Shown: positions 38,201 through 50,304 of the stretch, piece after piece
Position numbering within the stretch: position 1 is the stretch's first letter
Layout of the letters: every line of letters begins with the position of its first letter
Assembly (NCBI GenBank): GCA_965153285.1
Contig: OZ229112.1
Source: Podarcis tiliguerta
Lineage: Eukaryota
DNA length: 64,000 nt
Strand: one strand, 5' to 3'
Program-made: the position numbers and the translations under genes
Notes under the pieces: generated by a model
Told to the model about the DNA's origin: nothing
What the model saw: the letters and a program-made list of their open reading frames with translations, nothing else
Databases searched by the model: none

Positions 38201-40566
38201 TTCTGATCTAAATATATTCTGTGCCACTTCCTCTTAACCTTTTCCACATGCTACAAACTTGCTAATATGTTCCAAACTTGTTACTCATATTCATCACTAT
38301 CCTCTAATTCACCCCCATTTTGTTTTCATCCTTGTAAAAATGTGGTGCTCACAGCTAATCTCAATAGTCCAAGCCTAAGCACACCTGTAAAAAGAGCGTG
38401 GCTCTCCAATGTTAAACCGGGAGGCAGGAAGTAGAATAAGCAAACACTTGGAAAAAGTATGCATGTCTTCTCTTGCACTCATATGGTGATGTAAACACCA
38501 AACAATGGCCATTGATACTTATAATTGCCCCATCTTGTGTAGATACACAATATGCTATTTGCTTAGGCTCCAAAACATAAAGGGTGTCTTTCCCCTATTT
38601 TATCCCTGTGAGGCAGGCCAGGCTGAGAAATAGTGGGTGGCAGGGTGGCGCAAGCCTGATGTGAAAGACAAGATGGTGGTTCCTCTATTCCACATATAAA
38701 AGCTGACCAGACTGACAGCTGAATCTGATTTTAAAACACTGGTGACAGGATAGCACCCTCTACCATATCCTAGGGCAGCAAACTAGCCTTCAGTTTCTTT
38801 GTACCAAAATGAAAAGCAGGGTTTGCAGTCCCATAAAGTAAGCTTAAATATGGCTGGCACAAACAATCAAATTGCTTAAAGTTGTAAAGATTTTCAGCTC
38901 CATCTGGTAGATTACATCTTAACAATGAGTCTTTTCAGCATCAAATACCAGTATGTGTTGGCCATGGTATAAACATGTGTTAGGAATACTTACAGAAAGA
39001 ATTTTCCTGAACCGATTTGCATTCTTATTTCTTGTTTCTAGGCATGTCTTTGAAATACCTTTGCTAACTTCTCTTTGAGGATAAGCATTGAAAAGTCAAA
39101 GATGTGATTACCCTGATGGAATCATCATAATTCCAAGTGTTGCAAACACAACTGATAAGAATACACAGATGGCTTGTTTACTCTATTCAACGTTTTTTTT
39201 CTTTTCCCCTGTGAAGATCACTGAACTAATCAGGATGTGGAAACAACACTTCACATACCTATGTCACAAGAACACAACTGACAATAAAATGAAAGTGATC
39301 AGTGAATGTAAACCTGTGCAAGGAAAGGTGCATACAAGACAGAATTACAAAAACACACAAAACACACAAACTGTGGCCACTGTATATACAAATAATACAG
39401 ATAGTAATTGACAGGATTGTATCTTATTTCATATTCCTTCTGAAATGAATTGGAGAATTATTCATGGGTGGGAATCATTAATCCCCTTATGGCTTCAAAC
39501 TTTTCTCTCAAAAGGGTGTTTTGATACACAAGACTTAACATAAATGATATATAATCCAAATGTAAAAACTACATAGACCAGAATGTTCATTTACATGACA
39601 AATGTCTCTCTTTCACTCTTGCTTCTGCATCGACTTTCCAATGGCATTTGCAAGTGAGGGAGCTACAGAGGCCATTCATACTTCATATATGAAAGCACCC
39701 TTTGTGCTGAGTATCGGCCACATTCCGTATTAACTACGTGTAAAACACAGCCTGAAAGCAGATACATTTTGAGAGCCAAGAGGAAAAGCTACACATGACA
39801 AGAGAAGACAGAGAAATCTCAGCATCACTAAAGGTAAAGGGACCCCTGACCGTTAGGTCCAGTCGTGGACAACTCTGGGGTTGCGGCGCTCATCTCACTT
39901 TATTGGCCTAGGGAGCTGGCGTACAGCTTCCGGGTCATGTGGCCAGCATGACTAAGCAAGCCGCTTCTGGCGAACCAGAGCAGCGCACGGAAACACCATT
40001 TACCTTCCCGCCGGAGCGGTACCTATTTATCTACTTGCACTTGACGTGCTTTCGAACTGCTAGGTGGGCAGGAGCTGGGACTGAACAACGGGAGCTCATC
40101 CCGTCGTGGGGATTCGAACCGCTGACCTTCTAATCACGTCCCTGGCCTCACGATCACTAGCCAAGCTGAAAGAGACTAAACGCTGAGCAGGAAACAAAAA
40201 CCATTCACTTTGAAATCAGCAGCCTTTAGGACACTGCTCCAGTTAGGGTACCCTTTATTGCATATCTAAGACCCAATAAAATGTACACTGGGTGAACAGG
40301 AAGAATGTAACTCAAGCATTATTGCATACACCCAGTGTTGCATTTAAACTGGGCTCTGACTCATTAGCATGGCAACATAGGACCTGCCTACACTTACAGA
40401 GCCCTCTGTTGCATGTGTAGTGGGTGAGGAGGATCAGATTAAAAGGAATTGCCTGGCATGTGCTGCACCACGTGGGCAAGCTCCTCCTCTCCAGGCTTAT
40501 AATATTTAAATCAGGCCTAGTTGTGGCAATTCTGGATATCACAAAGATAGGTTAACACACACACAC

Positions 40567-40609
<43 letters not shown>

Positions 40610-43600
40610 TGTGAGACAGACAGACAGACAGACAGACAATTTCCTTAGGCTAGTAGACCAAAACAAAGCCATGGGGGGATGAATCAAAAGGCCTCCCTCT
40701 GCCCCATACTTTGCTCCTTCATCTTAGACTATTTAAGGATAAAATCCTTAGACGGGTTATGCAATTTTGTTCTTAATTAGAAAGCTGTATTATGCAGTGA
40801 ATCTCACCCAATGGATCAAGATAACTGTTCCTTTGAGAATAAATCCAGTGTTTTGTATGGGAGTGACTTGTTGAAGCACTATGACTCAGAGTGGAAAGGC
40901 ATATTACGCAGCAAAAATGGAGTTCCATTCCATTTCTAAACCTAATATGGGGGTGAAACAGGGAATTTACAGGAGAGAAGTGGCAGGCAGGAGTGAATTT
41001 TCATCTCTTCCAGCTTTTCTCTCTCATCCCCCCCAGCACCCCCCAAGCTCTTAACCCAGCCCAATGGCTCCAAAACTATAAATATAATTATTTGGGGAGG
41101 GGGAGTAATGGAGGCTGGGGTTGCAAGGAAAAATGAGAAGGGCAGAAAGTTCCAAACCCTCCCTACCAACAAAGACACATATTTGGAAAACATCTGGTTC
41201 CATCCTGAAAAGTTTGCAAGAAGAGACTCTGAAGGATTTGCACTAGAGCCGTGTTTCCCAGCTTGTGGACCCACAAGTAAAGTAAAACCAAAATAATTAT
41301 TACTTTAATCCTTAACTGGTATGATGAATTCCTCTTACAACTTTTTGTTTTGTTGGCATATTACTGTTGCATGCCACCCTGATCTCTGAGCAGTGCAAGA
41401 TTCCAGGGGTTCGAGGCGCTTAAGCAGGGTCTGTGTTTCCTTTTGGAAATGAGGCACAGTGGAGACTGTGGTGTCTTTATAGAATCATAGAGTTGGAAGG
41501 GACCAGGAGGGTCATCTAGTCTAACCCCCTGCAATGATGGAATGTTAGCTGGATCATACATAACAGGTGTACATTCCACCTCTGCTTTAAAACCTCCAGG
41601 GAAGGAGAGCCTACCACCTCTCATGGGAGCACATCCAATTCCTCCTGCTGCACCCCTTCTGCCCCCTTGCCTTCAGCTATTGACTGCTTGCAGTCCTGCC
41701 CATCCACACTCTGGATCTCTTTGGCCACCCCTTCCATCTGTGTGCTCCTGGGTCACTTTCAACCCCATGTAGAGTCTCATCTGGCAGGGCCCTCACCTCG
41801 CATGGAGTCACACTTTCCTTTCCACAGAGCCTTCTCACCCATCCTGGTCTCGCTGCTGGATAATTTGCTCAAGCTGCTGGCTCTGCTGCTCCACCTGTTG
41901 CTAGATTTGCTGCCAGAGCATCAACCTGAACAGCTCCAGGAATGCTGCTGTTCCTCCATCCATCTTGACTCAAGACACACCTTGCTCATTGGCCCTCCTC
42001 CAGAAAACACGTATCCAGACTTTTGACACCAGTGTTGCACGCCACCCCAACCTCTGAATGCTGCAAGATTCCAGGGGGTCCAAGCACTTACCCAGGGTTC
42101 ATGTTTCTTTTTGGAAATGAAGTGCAGTAGATACTTTGTGATATATGGTTCATTTACACATATACACAACCTGAGCCTATGATGGAGGGGTCCACAGCAT
42201 CAACACCCAAAAAGGCTATTATTTCTCCCATAGCTGCAGCCTTGGATTGCAGCAGAAATCAGGCATGGCTCTCTTTCTCTGCTTGCTTCTGGTCCACATC
42301 ACTGCTAACTCTCAGCTCTGGCTTTTGTCCTTCCCACTATCTGTGATTGTTAGGAGAGCCTTAGTCCTCTCACAGGGTTTCCTGTTAAACCACTCTGGGA
42401 ACTGTTGCTCTGCAAGGGACACAGGGGTCTCGTAATAACTCTCAATGCCCTTAACAAACGGCACACTTACGTAATCATACGTGTTCAGAATGATTTTTTT
42501 ATAGCTTGTGAAGCAATATCCTTTAATCAGATGGTTGTTATTCTTACATTCCCATAAGCACAACAGTGAATAACTATGTAAGCACTATAAACATTCTAAC
42601 AAATTCCACATTAATAGGGATTTATGGTAAAATTCTTCTTGGATGGCTTAAGTAATGGTTATGAAATCGGCAAACTTTAAAATGCACAAAACGAATGGCT
42701 GCCAAAAACCTACGGTCCAAAATTCATGTGATAATAAATCTATGGCTAATCATACCAAGTAAATTTGGACTAGTGGGCTGCTGTACCAAAAAGGTAAAGG
42801 ACTTCTGACAGTTAATTCCAGTAGCAGACGACTCTGGGGTTGCGGCGCTCATCTCGATTTACAGGCCGAGGGAGCTGATGTTTGACTGCTCCGCAGACAG
42901 TTTTTCTTGGTCAAGTGGCCAGCATGACTAAGCTGCTTCTGGAACAAAGGAACACCGGAACCAGAGCAGCACACGGAAACACCGTTTATCTTCCCACAGG
43001 AGTGGTACCTATTAATCTACTTGCACTTTTGGGTGTGCTTTCGAACTGCTAGGTTGGCAGGAGCTGGGACCGAGCAACGGGAGCTCACCCCGCTGTGGGG
43101 ATTTGAACAGCCGACCTTCTGATTGGCAAGCCCAAGAGGCTCAGTGATTTAGACCACAGCACTACCCGCGTACTAAAGGAACTCATAATTACAACCCCCA
43201 TAACAGAGCCACACCCACAAGAGAGCCCCAAAATGCAGGCAATCCATTTTTTTTATTGCAATGTCTCAAAGAGCAGAAATACCCATTGGATTAGAATCCT
43301 ATGAACATGAAAAGCCCTGTTGGATCACACCAAAGATGTAATTTGTCCAGCATCCTTTTTTCACAGTGGCCAAAAAGATGCCTCTGGAAGCCTTGAGCAC
43401 AACAATACTAGCCCCACCTATGATTTCCCAGCGCCTGATATTAGGAGGCATACTACTCCAACATACCGTAGAAGATAGTACTGTATGTAACTTTTCTGGC
43501 TAGTAGCTGCCTTAACCCTCCATGAAATCGTCCAAACACTTGAAAAAATCATCCTAGATGGTGCCCACTATTACGTCTTGTGGCATCAAATTCCATAGTT

Positions 43601-45715
43601 GGACTTTGGCTGGAGATACCTTAGTTCAAGTCCATAAAGTTAACCAGGTAACCTTGGGCCAGTCACTGTTTGAATCCAGCCCAGCTATCCAAGCAATTAT
43701 GTGACAGACCAGACCTGTCCTCCATTTCCCCAAGTTTACAATGCTGGCAAATACTGATAAAACAGATGGCACCATCTCTCCTACTTTGAAAAAAGCACCA
43801 AAAAGTGGAGGAGGTTTCAGCTCCTCTGCTTGCGGTTGCTGTTAACATGCTACTAACATGCCAACCTGCTGCCCTCCACCTGTTGTGGACATTGGCATCA
43901 ACCCCAGCCAGCCTTGATGGGAGTTTTAGCCCAAAACAACTGGCGGGCTGGCAAAAGCTGTACTATGAGGTCCAAGATAGCCTCTTGTTTTGCCAGTGCT
44001 TTGTACATGTTTTAGTTTACTGGCATAATTTCAACCGATTACCTAATGTATTTCTCCTGCTCAGCTATCCTAATTAATATTATGGGCTTTCTCTTTACAA
44101 CATGTTCAGCTACAAACTTATATTTTTTTGCTAGTATTCAGTAACTTTCCTTCACACCCAAGAGGCTGGGTGTTATGCATGGTGAGGCATAACCAATCTG
44201 AAGCCTTTCTTATTTTTATTTGGGTGAAAGTTGCCTCTGGACAGAGTGATCTCTTCTCCTCCCTTTCCACACTTGCCCTTGCTTGTCTTCTGTGACAACG
44301 TAGAAGTGATTTTAACAGGGCACCCTTTGACAACATGCTGAATTACAAGCCAAACTTGCCACCTCCTGTAGAGAATCTGAAGCATCCACTCAAATAGGGT
44401 ATTGTTTCCTCAGAATCAACCCCTATTGTATTTAGTGGAGATTACTTTCAACTGTGCACAGGATTGCAGCCTCTGTGTGATTTATTACCATGGATCTTGC
44501 AATTCTTTTATGTAGTTCTCCTTCAAAGGTTGACCTATTTTCTCAACTCTTCTTTTATTAGTATTATTGGGGGCTTTTCTGTACAAGCAAAATCTGCCAC
44601 AAATTTATTGTTATGATATTGGGGTGCTAAGCTGTAGGCCAGACTCCTCAGATTCGTGCATCTAGCAAGTGTTAAAAGCTAATCAAACGGTCTAAACTCT
44701 GGAGATAGCAAAGCTAGCTTCCTGATGAGCTGATGGGAGATTAAAGGGTTCAGACTGCAAATGGGTGGGAGCCCCTCCCTCAACAGGCAAAGGCAGAGTT
44801 ATGGCAGAGTGTTGCAGAAGAAAAGCAACAACCTGGAGAAAGAGCCATGCCTGATTTCTGCTGGAATCCAAGCAGAAACAATGCCCTTTCAGGGCATTAA
44901 TCCTATGAACCCCTCCATCATAGGCTCAGGTTGTATATATGTGTTATATACCACAGACTCTACTGTCCTCCATTCCTAAAGGAAACACAAACCCTTGATA
45001 AGTGCCTGGAAGCCCTGGAAACTCGCACTGCTCAGAGATTGGGGTGGTGTGCAAAAGTGTTTTAGCTTTTGTGTGCTACTTCTTTTAAATTCATCAGTAT
45101 AATATCTCATCTGCATTTAACAAAAGACTTGCAGGCTTTTTCTGTTTTTCAAAAATGTAATTTTATGTTACTTATAATCTGCTTTGGAAGGATTTGTATC
45201 CTGGAAGGAGGTATTTAAATAACTGCAATTAAAAAATAAATAATGTTACATTATATTATACATAACATATAATATAAAGTTTTGATCCTATGCACATATA
45301 AGCTCCACTGAAGTCAGTGGGGGTTTTGTTCCAAGTGAGCATGTAAAGGAACACTGCACAAGCCATTCAGTGAGTTCCTCGGTTCTGTATACCTGAAGGA
45401 GCGTCTCCACCCCCTTCATTCAGCCCAGACACTGAGATCCAGCACCGAGGGCCTTCTGGCGGTTCCATCTTTGCAAGAATGAGGTTACAGGGAACCAGGT
45501 AGAGGGCCTTCTCGGTAGTGGCGCCCACCCTGTGGAATGCCCTCCCATCAGATGTCAAGGAAATAAGCAGCTATCCTATTTTTAAAAGACATTTGAAGGC
45601 AGCCCTGTTTAGGGAAGTTTTTAATATTTAATGCTGTATTGTTTTTAATACTTGATTGGGAGTCACCCAGAGTGGCTGGGGAAACTCAGCCAGATGGGCG
45701 GGGTATAAATAATAA

Positions 45716-45746
<31 letters not shown>

Positions 45747-47332
45747 TCCCAAATGTGTTGAGATTTCAAAGCCTGTAGAAACTTTGCATTGTATGGCATT
45801 TTTAATAAAATATTGCAGCTGCTCTGCGCAGCTTCTTTAAAAGGCTGATAATTTTATATTTCCTGCTTGTGTTTGTATATAAAGAAAAAAGAAAAGTAAA
45901 ATATTGTTTAGTACTAAATATTTGGTCCAAATGATCAAATTGCTCAATGGTATTAGTAATAATGCTTAGCATTAGTGCATTTCAAGTATTTAAAGCTCAC
46001 TTCACATGCATTTCTTTCACTAGCCCTAAACAACAGTCCTGCAAAATAGGCCTGAAGGTGAACTGAGGTTGAGAAAACAGTGAGAGGTTTGCCTAAGGCC
46101 ATCTAGCAAGTTCCTGGCTGAGGTAAAAAAGAGCAGGCTCATTGCTTCCATTCTTAACCCTTGCGCTACACCAGTTCTCTGAAAGAATTTTCCTGCAGAT
46201 ACTTTTGCATAAGTTTTCACTTGACAGGACCGAAATCAAAACAGAAATAACTCTTGCAATCAAAATAAATGGCCAGAGAGATTTGGATCTCTTGATAGCT
46301 AGCTTTATAAATACTAACCCATCTCTATGGCAGTGATATCACAGAGCTGAGACCCAGACGCTTTGCTGAACAGACAACATGTGTGAGTTGCAAAACCTTA
46401 CTTTGTTTTGTTGGTAAAAATCAGATGACCTGCTTAGTTTGATGAGGAAGCAGTTTCCCTCCCTCCTTTTTCCTTTCCTTATCAGGATCTATTTGAGGAT
46501 CGGCTTAAGCATTTCAGGCTGGGTTTTTAAAGTATCCCCCACATATCCAATACAAGGACAACTTCTACTGACTACTACAAGTGTGCAACAAAGGTTTGTG
46601 TAAAAGTAACATGGCTCTCGGTGTATGAAAAAGCACGACAAGTTGCATGATAGTTTACTAACCGAACAAGGTTGTCTTATGGTATTTCATTCAATGCTAA
46701 GCTCCTAGGCATGAGGAATCCTATCTTTGCTTCTCCCACTCCCTGAGATTCAGAGACAACAGAGAAACTCTCTTTTTGTGCTCTGGTGGGATTCAACTAC
46801 CTTTTACTCAGAGTAGGCCCACTTAAATTAATAACTTAGTCATGTCCATCCATTTCAAAGCTAAGACTTTCTGAATGACTTCTGCATGTACAACTTAGTT
46901 GAATGCCACCCTCAAAAAACCAACAATCCGGGCACAATCCAGACCTGGCCATTTCCTTACCTGAGTGAAGTAAAGATTCATCAGTGTCAGTGTAAAAAAC
47001 TGGAGGCACACGGGGAAGCAGTAAAGCAGCCAGAAGGCGAAAGGGCTGAGAGAATTGGCCGTGACAAAGTCTCTGAAGTAAAAGGAGAAGAGCACCGTCC
47101 GAAGCGACGCCCAGAGCAGGCAGAGGAACAGAAAGACCGTCTGGTAGCTGAGCCTCTTGTGCCGGTAGTGAAGGACCAGCCAGAGCTGGATGTAGATGAA
47201 GACGAAGAGGAGCGAATAAAAGACCGTGTAGGCAATGGTCAGCCCCAGCTTCACATAGGGAGGCACCGCGGGGCTCAGAGTGGAGGGGAAGGTGTCGTTG
47301 GCCAGGGAGCTCCTCCACTCGAGGGCTTCCAT
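24440..47332 (-). CDS. GPR137B: Integral membrane protein GPR137B (TM7SF1), lysosomal 7TM protein, complete CDS of 384 aa
   Basis: complement join(46961-47332,37010-37059,32602-32824,29325-29468,27484-27612,25482-25606,24440-24551) = 1155 nt, open frame. Family motifs include [43 protein letters not shown] and [16 protein letters not shown]. Confidence 0.97.
25482..25606 (-). CDS. GPR137B: GPR137B exon 6
   Basis: [41 protein letters not shown](S)|gtgagg. Confidence 0.95.
26070..26200 (-). mobile_element. Squam2-like SINE (tRNA head with CR1 tail), degraded
   Basis: On -: CAGTTGGTAGAGCATG... followed by a CR1-type 3' end GGTTGGACTAGATGAC...TTCCAAC...GATTCTA. Confidence 0.6.
27484..27612 (-). 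CDS. GPR137B: GPR137B exon 5
   Basis: [43 protein letters not shown]|gtaagt. Confidence 0.96.
27983..28458. mobile_element. Tc1/mariner-type MITE, 476 bp, GC-rich hairpin interior
   Basis: TIR CCGTATTTTTCGCCC(C/T)ATAGGACGCACT with TA flanks. Confidence 0.85.
29325..29468 (-). CDS. GPR137B: GPR137B exon 4 (GC donor)
   Basis: [48 protein letters not shown]|gcaagt. Confidence 0.94.
30968..31210. mobile_element. hAT (Charlie-like) non-autonomous element
   Basis: Perfect 8-bp TSD GGCTAAGG (30960-30967 and 31211-31218); ends CATGAGTAGGCAAACT / AGTTTGCTGACCCCTG. Confidence 0.85.
32602..32824 (-). CDS. GPR137B: GPR137B exon 3
   Basis: [24 protein letters not shown]...[12 protein letters not shown]|gtaaag. 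Confidence 0.96.
32933..34440. mobile_element. Penelope-like element remnant with inverted pseudo-LTRs, interrupted by later insertions (about 33010-33895)
   Basis: AGAGGAGTAGCCGTGTTAGTCTG start; 33905-33965 and 34325-34385 are inverted homologues, each carrying a CTGATGA core. Confidence 0.6.
33558..33893 (+). mobile_element. Solo-LTR-like element
   Basis: AATAAA at 33783; ends GCTCAGAGATTGGG...CATAACA, shared with the copies at 41365, 42033 and 44609. Confidence 0.5.
35078..35530 (+). mobile_element. Old Squam3A/MIR-like SINE split by a hAT-like insert (35101-35340) containing (ATT)n
   Basis: CCAGTGTGGTGTAGTGGTTA | insert ending ACCCCTG | GTTAGTGTGTTGGACT...GGTTCAAAGCTCC...CCTACCTCACAGGG. 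Confidence 0.6.
36410..36833 (+). mobile_element. Non-autonomous RTE-derived element
   Basis: The last ~90 bp are homologous to the RTE 3' end at 59660-59751; left boundary approximate. Confidence 0.55.
37010..37059 (-). CDS. GPR137B: GPR137B exon 2
   Basis: [16 protein letters not shown](R); ttacag|...|gtaaga. Confidence 0.95.
39830..40142 (-). mobile_element. Sauria SINE with a deletion in the head region
   Basis: (ACCTTT) tail, B box GGTTCGAATCCCC, imperfect TSD CTCA(GC/CG)ATCACTA. Confidence 0.85.
40554..40637. repeat. Compound microsatellite (AC)n(CT)n(GACA)n
   Basis: Direct reading. Confidence 0.9.
41365..41478 (-). mobile_element. Solo-LTR-like fragment abutting a CR1
   Basis: Reverse complement of 44950-45056; direct homologue of 42033-42140. 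Confidence 0.55.
41479..41630 (-). mobile_element. CR1 LINE 3' end
   Basis: ATAGAATCATAGAGTTGGAAGGGACC...TCTAGTCTAACCCCCTG, the CR1 3' terminus with its ATTCTATG repeat. Confidence 0.75.
42033..42565 (-). mobile_element. Solo-LTR-like element
   Basis: TGTTGCA...CACAACA termini; inverted homology to 44840-45056. Confidence 0.55.
42790..43170 (-). mobile_element. Sauria SINE, near full length
   Basis: Same architecture as the 39830 and 9037 copies. Confidence 0.85.
44609..45056 (+). mobile_element. Solo-LTR-like element
   Basis: Starts TGTTATG; ends GCTCAGAGATTGGGGTGGTGTGCAAAA; homologous to three other copies in the window. Confidence 0.55.
45375..45745 (+). mobile_element. L2 LINE 3' fragment with (AAT)n tail
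   Basis: AGGGCCTTCTCGGTAGTGGCGCCCACCCTGTGGAATGCCCTCCC encodes [15 protein letters not shown], the typical L2 ORF2 C-terminus; ends GGGCGGGGTATAAAT(AAT)n. Confidence 0.8.
46961..47332 (-). CDS. GPR137B: GPR137B exon 1 coding part
   Basis: [15 protein letters not shown]...LMNLYFTQ|gtaagg; 124 codons. Confidence 0.95.
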
Positions 47333-47650
47333 CCCCGGCTAACTTGGCCTCCTGCTTCGGCTGCCTCCTCCTCCTCCTCCTCCTCTCATCTTCCTACAGC
47401 AGAGGAACTCCGAGCAAGAAAACAAGCCGCACTTCCTCTTTGGCGGCTCACCGAGGGCTTGCAGCACATGATCACAATCCGGAGTGATTCATGAGGACTG
47501 CCTCTGTCAGCATTTGACAAGCAGCCACTCAGAAAAGCCGATCTCGGCGTGCCTTCAATTGAAACCGCCTCCTGCCCATTCGCCGGTGGTCCGCCCGGAG
47601 TTAAACGACGCTATCTCTTTAAAGAACAAATGCTTAAAACAAACCGGGCT
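47333..47650 (-). promoter_or_regulatory. GPR137B 5'UTR / CpG-rich promoter
   Basis: CpG-enriched; (GGA)n tract in the 5'UTR, GC box at 47591-47596, M-box-like TCATGTG at 47471-47465. Confidence 0.65.
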
Positions 47651-49703
47651 CTAAATTTTGATTTGTGCAATTCCCCGCTCCCCTCCCTAGTTGTTTTTTT
47701 GTACTGAAGTTACAGGCATCTGTGCTGCCTCGTCTGGTTTGGCCCAAGCTAAGTTAGGGAAAGCTGGGAGTTTTAGCATCCTTGTGTATGGCAAAGAGGA
47801 GTGTTTCTGGGGTGGGAGAACGGAGGGCAAATCAGCGCTCTGCCTTCTAGTTTCGTCAACAGAATCTGATCCTTATGGCAGCTGCCTGGATGATCATACT
47901 CCCCTTGTGACCATCTTGGTTGCAATTGCTGGCCATGACAACTGGAAGCTATGAAAATGCATTCCAATATATTTAGTATACATATATCTTAAGTATTTTC
48001 ATACAGAATGGGAAAATAATGAGATCTAGTGCTGACATTTCCTAAGTCTTAAAGTCTAATAGTCTAATGCATGGCTGCTTAGAAGTAATCACATGAAATA
48101 TAAAATTGCACTCCTTCATTCCTCAATTTATGACCAGTTTTCAGCTCCTCTGGTGGTCTACAGGGAGGTGAGGATGTGGGGAGTGCTTCAAAGAGTAGAC
48201 AGCAGGTTGGGATGTTGGGAGAAAACTCAAAGGCTGCTCCACATACAACTCAATGTAACATGGTTTAGAGGCAGTTGGGAGTGTTATGCTGCACAATTAC
48301 AGGGTTAGGATGTATGAGATGCATATTTCAGGGTGCAAACTCAGCCTATTCTACCTCACAGGGTTGATGCCTTTTTGTTGTATCATTGTAGCTGCAGGAT
48401 TTTTTTCTTCGTTTTTGGTGTCTATAAAAGCTTGCAGATAAACATTCAGAAGTGCCCATGAGGTTAGGTTATGTATGTCTTTGCATTTTGTTTGTCTGTG
48501 CATGCTTAAGTAGAAGAGAGATGAAAGATGAAATCTAATAGTGGTTTTAACTTCAGCTATGAAAGCTGCAAAACTGTTTTCATATCCCCATTTCCTGTGT
48601 AAATCCAAGTCACAGAAGATACCCTGTGGACACTTATGAGAACTACAAAGCTGAGAGCTAATGTGCTCTGTGGGATTTCTTTCCTATTGTAACATGAAGA
48701 TTATGTAAACATGTCCCCCAAATGACATGGCTGCCAATGCAAAACAAGTGCCACTAGTAGGTGTGATTCCAGGAGGCACTGTTTCTCTGAGACCTCCATT
48801 CATTTCAGTATTTGGTAGATGACTCCTTACGTTTCAGCTTCCCATTCTCGAACGAGATCTTACATGTAGACCAGAAGGGGCTGTTCTAATAACTACAGTT
48901 AGTTTACTGCAATGCCATTAGCTCATGACAGGAGAAAAGCAACACACAAGCAAGAATCATTATAAAATTACACATTTATTATTTGTTTGTTATTTCGTTT
49001 ACTATATTTATTGGTTGCCCTATAATGCCCCAAACCACAGAAATTCAGCAAAAACTGAACAGCACACTATGCAACTCAGCCATAAATAATAATGCAGAGG
49101 TTAAAACAAATTCAGCCATAATCATAAAATCAAAACAAGGGGAGACACAAAATAGCTAATGGAGCTTAAATATATCATGATGACACCGTTGTACATAGAA
49201 GTGCAGGAAGCTGCTCCTGAGTATTGCCCACACTGACTGGCAACAGTTCTTTAGGATCTCTCCCAGCCCTACCTGGAGAAGCTGGGGATTGAGCCCTGGG
49301 ACCTTTACACGCAAAGTAGGGACCAGGTGGGTCCCTCAAGGGAGGGCATTTCACAACCGGGAGGCAACTGCTGAAAAGACTCCTTCCGTCAATGGAAATG
49401 ATAAGGTATTGGTGTGATGTGTTTGTAATGTATTGTCTAAGATAGAATTATTAGCTTCATATTACGTTGCTGAACTGTCTTCAATGGCAGCCCATTTGGC
49501 ACCACAGAAATTATTTGTGTTTGTAAGGACAATTATGGATCCAAGAGCACCCCTGGGTTATGAACTTGATCCCTGTTTAAGGGGAGTTCAATCCCCTCCA
49601 GAACAGGTTGAACAATGGAAATCTGAAAAGAGCCATCCACTAAAATGGTCTCTGTCTTACCTGGACTGAGGCTCAATGGGTGGGCCTTTACTCAGGGCAC
49701 AAG

Positions 49704-50085
49704 CATACCCTCCAACACTTCTCCAATGAAAATAGGGACATCCTACCATACCCTCCAACACTTCTCCAATGAAAATAGGGACATCCTACCATACCCTCCA
49801 ACACTTCTCCAATGAAAATAGGGACATCCTACCATACCCTCCAACACTTCTCCAATGAAAATAGGGACATCCTACCATACCCTCCAACACTTCTCCAATG
49901 AAAATAGGGACATCCTACCATACCCTCCAACACTTCTCCAATGAAAATAGGGACATCCTACCATACCCTCCAACACTTCTCCAATGAAAATAGGGACATC
50001 CTACCATACCCTCCAACACTTCTCCAATGAAAATAGGGACATTCTACCATACCCTCCAACATTTCATGAAAATAGGGACATCCTA
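49704..50085. repeat. 43-bp minisatellite, 8 full units + 1 truncated
   Basis: Unit CATACCCTCCAACACTTCTCCAATGAAAATAGGGACATCCTAC starting at 49704, 49747 ... 50005, 50048. Confidence 0.95.
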
Positions 50086-50304
50086 AGAAAAAGGGGAATC
50101 TGGGATCAAATCGTAAAACTTGCCTAGAACAATGGGAGTTTCAAATGCTGGTGGTTACTTACACGCCATACATCTGAAATACCAAAGGGGGGGAGGAATC
50201 ATGGGAACTATAGTTTGTCCCCCAATGGGCTATAATTTCTAGCACCTTTCACACATTACAGTTCCCAGGATTATTGGAGGATGAGTGGGGGTAACTGTGC
50301 TTTA

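Noticed and set aside
46836-47318. 160-aa - strand ORF
   Set aside because: Alternative frame overlapping GPR137B exon 1; expected in GC-rich sequence
46886-47494. 202-aa + strand ORF
   Set aside because: Antisense shadow of GC-rich, hydrophobic GPR137B exon 1; no recognisable domain
49704-50085. CRISPR-like regular array
   Set aside because: Head-to-tail identical units with no unique spacers, in a eukaryote; it is a minisatellite
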